Shown here: positions 59,274 to 64,000 of the stretch, in pieces
Layout of the letters: the number at the start of each line of letters is the position of its first letter
Position numbering within the stretch: position 1 is the stretch's first letter
Assembly: GCA_045837725.1 (NCBI GenBank)
Contig: JBEWZL010000098.1
Span: 186,001-250,000, forward strand
Length of the DNA stretch: 64,000 nucleotides
Source of the DNA: Vermamoeba vermiformis
Taxonomy: Eukaryota
Reading direction: 5' to 3'
The notes under the pieces: model-generated
Told to the model about the DNA's origin: nothing
Seen by the model: only the letters and a program-made list of their open reading frames with translations
Database searches by the model: none
Position numbers and translations under genes: made by a program

Positions 59274-62200
59274 ATGACTGCCTTTTTAACTAAATTTAAA
59301 TTAATATCTGCGGTATCAAAAGAATATGTATTCGAGATTCAGCCTAGCGACACGGTAAGTATAAAAAAAAACACAACTTAATATTGAAAATATCACTACT
59401 TTATATTTAGCTCTATTTGCTGTCATATTAAGTCCCAATAATGACCTAATTTTATTGGGGGTTGATTTTAAATAATTGTGAGAATTTTTTTCTCAATCCA
59501 GATCATCAAATTACCCCGCGTTAACACTTGATGACTACAGGTTGGTCTAGTAAAACAAAACTTAGGACGCATATTCGGAGCAGGAGCGCACAACATTGAG
59601 CTGATCAGCGGCAATCTTATTTTCAAAGACGACACGCAGCCCTTGCGACAGCTGATCCCGAACAACACTGTCGTGTTCGTGCACGTGCTCAGCGCGGTGT
59701 GTACTGAACAATACGAGTGGTGATATATATATAGTGACTCACTGTGCTCTTGCAGGACCTCGCATTGCCCGCACCAGATCCGCGTCGTCCCAGCCGCGCG
59801 CTGTCCAATCCCGAGTCCCAACCACAGCCCGGTCCAATGATGGCACCTGGCACTGTGACAGGCCCGATGATGGGCAGCACTATGACAGGTCCCACTATGA
59901 CAGCCAACACGACTGGACTGCTCGCTGCACCGCCCAAGACACGTGTCACGCGACCTCGGGGCGGGGGTTCACAGCCCGCGAGCAACACTGTCTCCCCGAA
60001 CGGCGGCATGGGTTCAGTGAACGGCATGTCCGATCAGGCGTGGTTCACTGAAATGAGTGGCGGAACATTGCCACGTGCCTTCACCTCCCCGAACACAATT
60101 GCGGGGATCAGTTACACCGCACCTGTCACACTGCCCGCCCCGACCAGCAAGTCGCAGAACTCATCCCCGACCTCGCTGATGGTCAGTCCGCGCACCCTCA
60201 CTGCCCCGAATGTCGTCGCTGGTCCCCCGTCCCCGACTGTGCACTTGTTGCCCCCGCCCGTCAGTCGCACCAATCGTCGTCGCGGTCCTCGTCCCATGTC
60301 CGTGGCGAGCAATGTCACGCTGTCACTGCCCTCCTCGCCACCCCCGCACGACTCGAGCGACGACAGCTCGTCCAGCGAGGAACGACCCCGCGCCAAGTCC
60401 CCGCCCCCGCGCATCACTCAGCCCCCGAACTACAACACCAATCCGGGCACTTCTCATCGCACCCCGCGCAGTGGACTGGTGCTGTCAGCGCCGGAGAGTG
60501 ATCGCATTGCAGGGCTGGCACTCGAAGACAACTCGGGCCCTCCCTCGCCCAAGACTGCGCGCTTGCGTCAGATGACTTTGCCCGCCAATCTCAAGTCCGT
60601 GCTGCCCGTGCAGAGTGCGGGGTTTGGAGACAAATTGGCGTTCAATCAGCCGAGTCCTGCGCACTGCACCTGCGAGGGCTTCGATCCACTCAACAACGTG
60701 CACGCACTCGGCACTGATCGCGTGTTGACGGTGAACATTCGCAATGACTTGGGACTGCCGCTGCTCGACGCCCTCACACCGCGCGGATCACCGAGCGGGC
60801 CCGTGCAGATTGTGATTCGTGGCCCCGATCACGTCATGTACAACGTGCCCGTGCAGTCACTCGGCAGTGGCCAGTACCGTGCCAAGTACCGCACACAGGG
60901 CCGCGCAGGTGTGTACGACATCAATGTGCTGGTGAATGGCCAGCACGTGAGCGGCAGTCCATTTATGGAAGTGTGGGAAGTGGGCACGAGTCAGGGCACG
61001 GATCCGAGTGCGTGCAAAGTGACTGGTCTGGCGCTGATTGGTGGTGTGGCTGGACGCGACTGCGTGTTCTTCTTGCAGGCACGTGACTCGACGGGCAATG
61101 ACCGCACCGTGGGCGGGGATCCATTCAAAGCAGTGCTGTTCATGAAGAATCAGAGTGGCATGGCTGCACGCATCACCGACTTCAACAACGGCACGTACAT
61201 GATCAGCTACAACGTGACGCGTGCGGGCAGTTATCAGCTCGTGCTCTCACTCAACAATCAGCACGTGGCTGGCAGTCCATTCCAAGTCAACATCGAGCCC
61301 TCAGTGGCGTGTGGCAAGACTTCGGAGTGTTCCGGCCCTGGCACGCGCTCAGTGCTCACCAACAGCGGTATTCCCAGCGAATTCTTCGTGGTGGCACGTG
61401 ATCAGTTTCAGAATCGCATCACACGCGGCGGAGATCGCATTCGACTCAAGCTCGACAACAGCACACAAGCGCAGCTGCTGTCCAAGGTGACCGACAATCG
61501 CGACGGCACCTATCTCGTGCAGTACTTTGTCAACTCGTCCTTCACTTCAGTGGCGCGTGTCAAGCTCGTGGTCACCATCAACAACGAGGCCATTGGACTG
61601 CCCCTCGCAGTCGATGTCATTCCACCTGTCGCCAAACCTGCGCCTGGACCGGGACCTGCGCCAAACACAGTGCCGAATGTGAATGTGACAGCTGTCAAAC
61701 CCACACCTCCACCGCGTGTCACTCCACGTCTGCCCGAGAACCGTGTCATTGTGCGCATTCAATCGGCCGTGCGCACAGCTCTAGCGCAGTCCGTGCTGGC
61801 CCAGCTGCAGAAGAGCTATCGTCTGCGCACCAAAGCCGCGAGCGAGCTGATGACGAGCGAGGAGAGCTACATTCAGTACCTGCTCAAGCTCAAAGAAGAG
61901 TACCTCAATCCCCTGCGCATGGCTGCTCAGCGCGGCAAGCCCGTCATCTCGCTCGCCAAGATTGCACTCATCTTCAGCAACATCGAGTTCATCATCAGCA
62001 TCAATACGGAGTTCTTAAATAAGCTGCGTCCTCGTCTGACGCAGTGGAATGCGACACAGCTGGTGGCAGATCTGGTGATTGAAGTGGTGCCCTCGCTCAA
62101 ATACACCTACACGCAGTACGTCAACAACTACGACCAGGCCCTCAAGACCCTCAACTGGTGCATTCAGAAAGAAGACGCCTTCAATCACTTCCTCTCGGAG

Positions 62201-62993
62201 CGCGAGATGGTCAGCACGGCCAGTCGCAACAACGCGCAGCACAAGGGCCCTCAGAGCGCGGGACTGTCGCTGCCTGCCTATCTCATCATGCCCGTGCAAC
62301 GCCTGCCCAAGTACGAGCTGTTGTTGAGCGAGCTGTTGCGTCACACCGCTGAAGAGCACCCTGATCGCACCAATCTCGAACTCGCGCTGCAACAGATCCG
62401 CGAGACCACGCAGTTTGTGAACGAGAACAAGCGCAATGCGGAGAACTTGTCGCGGCTGTTGTCGCTGCAGAATCAGATCAGCGACTGCATGGTATGTAGT
62501 GAGAGGTGATTGGCCAGCACGTGATGGTACTAATTAGGCAATTGCCAAATATAGAATCTGTTCAGCACGGATCGCATGTTCATCCGCGAAGAGAACCTCA
62601 AAGTGTACAACACGGTGGAGACCAAAGAGAAGGTGCGCCGCGTGTTCTTGTTCAACGACATGCTGCTCATCACGCGCCACAAGAAGTCGCGCCGCGCCAT
62701 GCTCAAGTTCAAAGAGGCCGTGGCATTCAAAGACGTGCAGCGCATGGAAACACTAGGTAAGTCACGCGCCATCCTCTGTTTGACACCTGTCACTCACCTG
62801 TCACGTGCCTGCAGACGAGACGAGCTTCAGAATGGTGGTGCCGTCCTTCACCGTGTTCACACTGGTCGCGCCGAGCAAAGAGTCGTGCGATCAGTTCTAT
62901 CGCGAGGCAGTCGAGGCCCTGCATGCGTTCAAGAACAGCAACGGCACGAACAACAACGCGAGTAGTAGCACGACTAGTCCGCGCCCTAATTAA
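59274..62993 (+). CDS. RhoGEF: ubiquitin-like N-domain, Pro/Ser-rich region, three filamin-type Ig repeats, IQ-like motif, DH-PH
   Basis: FEIQPSDTVGLVKQNL (Ubl); DFNNGTYMISY...HVAGSPF (filamin); ELMTSEESYIQYL, IFSNIE, YTQYVNNY, YLIMPVQRLPKYELLL (DH); RRVFLFNDMLL (PH). Confidence 0.9.
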
Positions 62994-63203
62994 CACTAGA
63001 GCGACCTTCTTATTTATTGAATTGTATCATAGCGTGTAATTAAACTGCGTTCTCAACGGTGAGAACAACATTCAAGTCACTCATTGTACGTGTCATAGGG
63101 ATACCTCGTGAGAATATAGTGCTAGTACAGGTCACAGTATTGTACTGAAGATCTAAGGACAGTCGTGCATCAAGCATATTTAATAATCTTAGTATTTATT
63201 ACG

Positions 63204-64000
63204 TCACACATTGGCCTCCTCGCCACTGCTCGACTTGACGAGAGTGCGCAAGAGATTGAGCTCGCGAATATAGACCTCATCTTCACCAGGGGTCTCGAGT
63301 ACTTTGGGCACGTGTTCTAAGCGCTTGTCGTTCATGATGGCAGTGAAGGTCGTCATATTTAACTTGCCCTTGCCGATGTTCTCGTGTCGATCCACTCGTC
63401 CCCCCTAACAATAGTGTCGGTCACTACAGATGTGTACATATATGCATTTATGTGTGCTCTATGTTACCAGTTCAGTCTTGGAATCGTTCAAGTGAATCGC
63501 TTTGAGTGCCGCGAGACCAATCACATCATCGAACTGGCGCATCATCTCCTCGTACTTGTCTTGCGTGCGAATGTCGTATCCAGCTGCGAAGGCGTGACAC
63601 CTGGCAGCGGAGTTAAATCGAGCGCTCATTGTTCGGTATTAACTTACGTGTCTAAACAGACTCCAATGCGTTCAGGAATGCGCTTTGATTTGTCCGCTGT
63701 GTTGGTTGATTTTTCTGCACCATCAGTATTGTCTTTGTCACTATTCTTAGTACTGTCGCTCTTCTCTTTAAGTTCAAACATCAGATCCATGATGCGGCGA
63801 ATGTGTTCAAATTTGTGGCCCATATTGGTGCCTTGACCGGCAGTATTCTCGAGTAATATCGCGCACTGACCAGGTACTTGTGCTAGTACTGTGTTCAGGC
63901 CCTGCGCAATCAACTTCAAACACGTCTCTTCGTCCTGTTACTGGATGTTGAGCGACAGTTATACAACGCTAGCACTTACTCCACCTGTTGAGGCACCTGG
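63204..64000 (-). CDS. APN1: Endonuclease IV-family AP endonuclease (3' part; starts beyond the window)
   Basis: [48 protein letters not shown]. Confidence 0.95.

Overview
Gene-dense eukaryotic nuclear DNA with many short GT-AG introns (mostly about 45-70 nt; first introns longer and AT-rich). Gene content such as a long-tailed class I myosin with a Gly/Pro/Ala-rich tail, Ank-RapGAP, LRR-PP2C and a filamin-repeat RhoGEF suggests an amoebozoan-like protist, which is an inference. I can support about 24 protein-coding genes, mostly housekeeping: MRPL12, ZFPL1, an SLC25 carrier, syntaxin, PSAT, Sec24, PRP6, eEF1B-gamma, myosin I, G3BP-like, Nup43-like, TRAPPC8, PIG-Q, EPC/Epl1, DUS3L and APN1. 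There are also two identical intronic tRNA-Thr(TGT) genes and a decayed repeat island at 44.2-45.7 kb. The main observations are: (1) coding exons and introns of several divergent genes are loaded with palindromic words matching transcription-factor consensus sites (CACGTG, TGACA-NN-TGTCA, CC(A/T)6GG, CTA(A/T)4TAG), while conserved highly expressed genes largely lack them; (2) one spliced gene appears to fuse an IST1/ESCRT-III domain, about five RNase II/R-type cold-shock OB repeats and a divergent actin fold; (3) an intron-rich RuvC-like resolvase with a mitochondrial-type presequence, and a spliced YbaB/EbfC gene; (4) an inverted ~158-bp tRNA cassette duplicated into introns of two convergent genes; (5) a ZFR-like zinc-finger + DZF protein in an apparently non-animal genome. 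All gene models were spliced by eye, family calls come from remembered motifs rather than searches, and motif counts are manual minimums.
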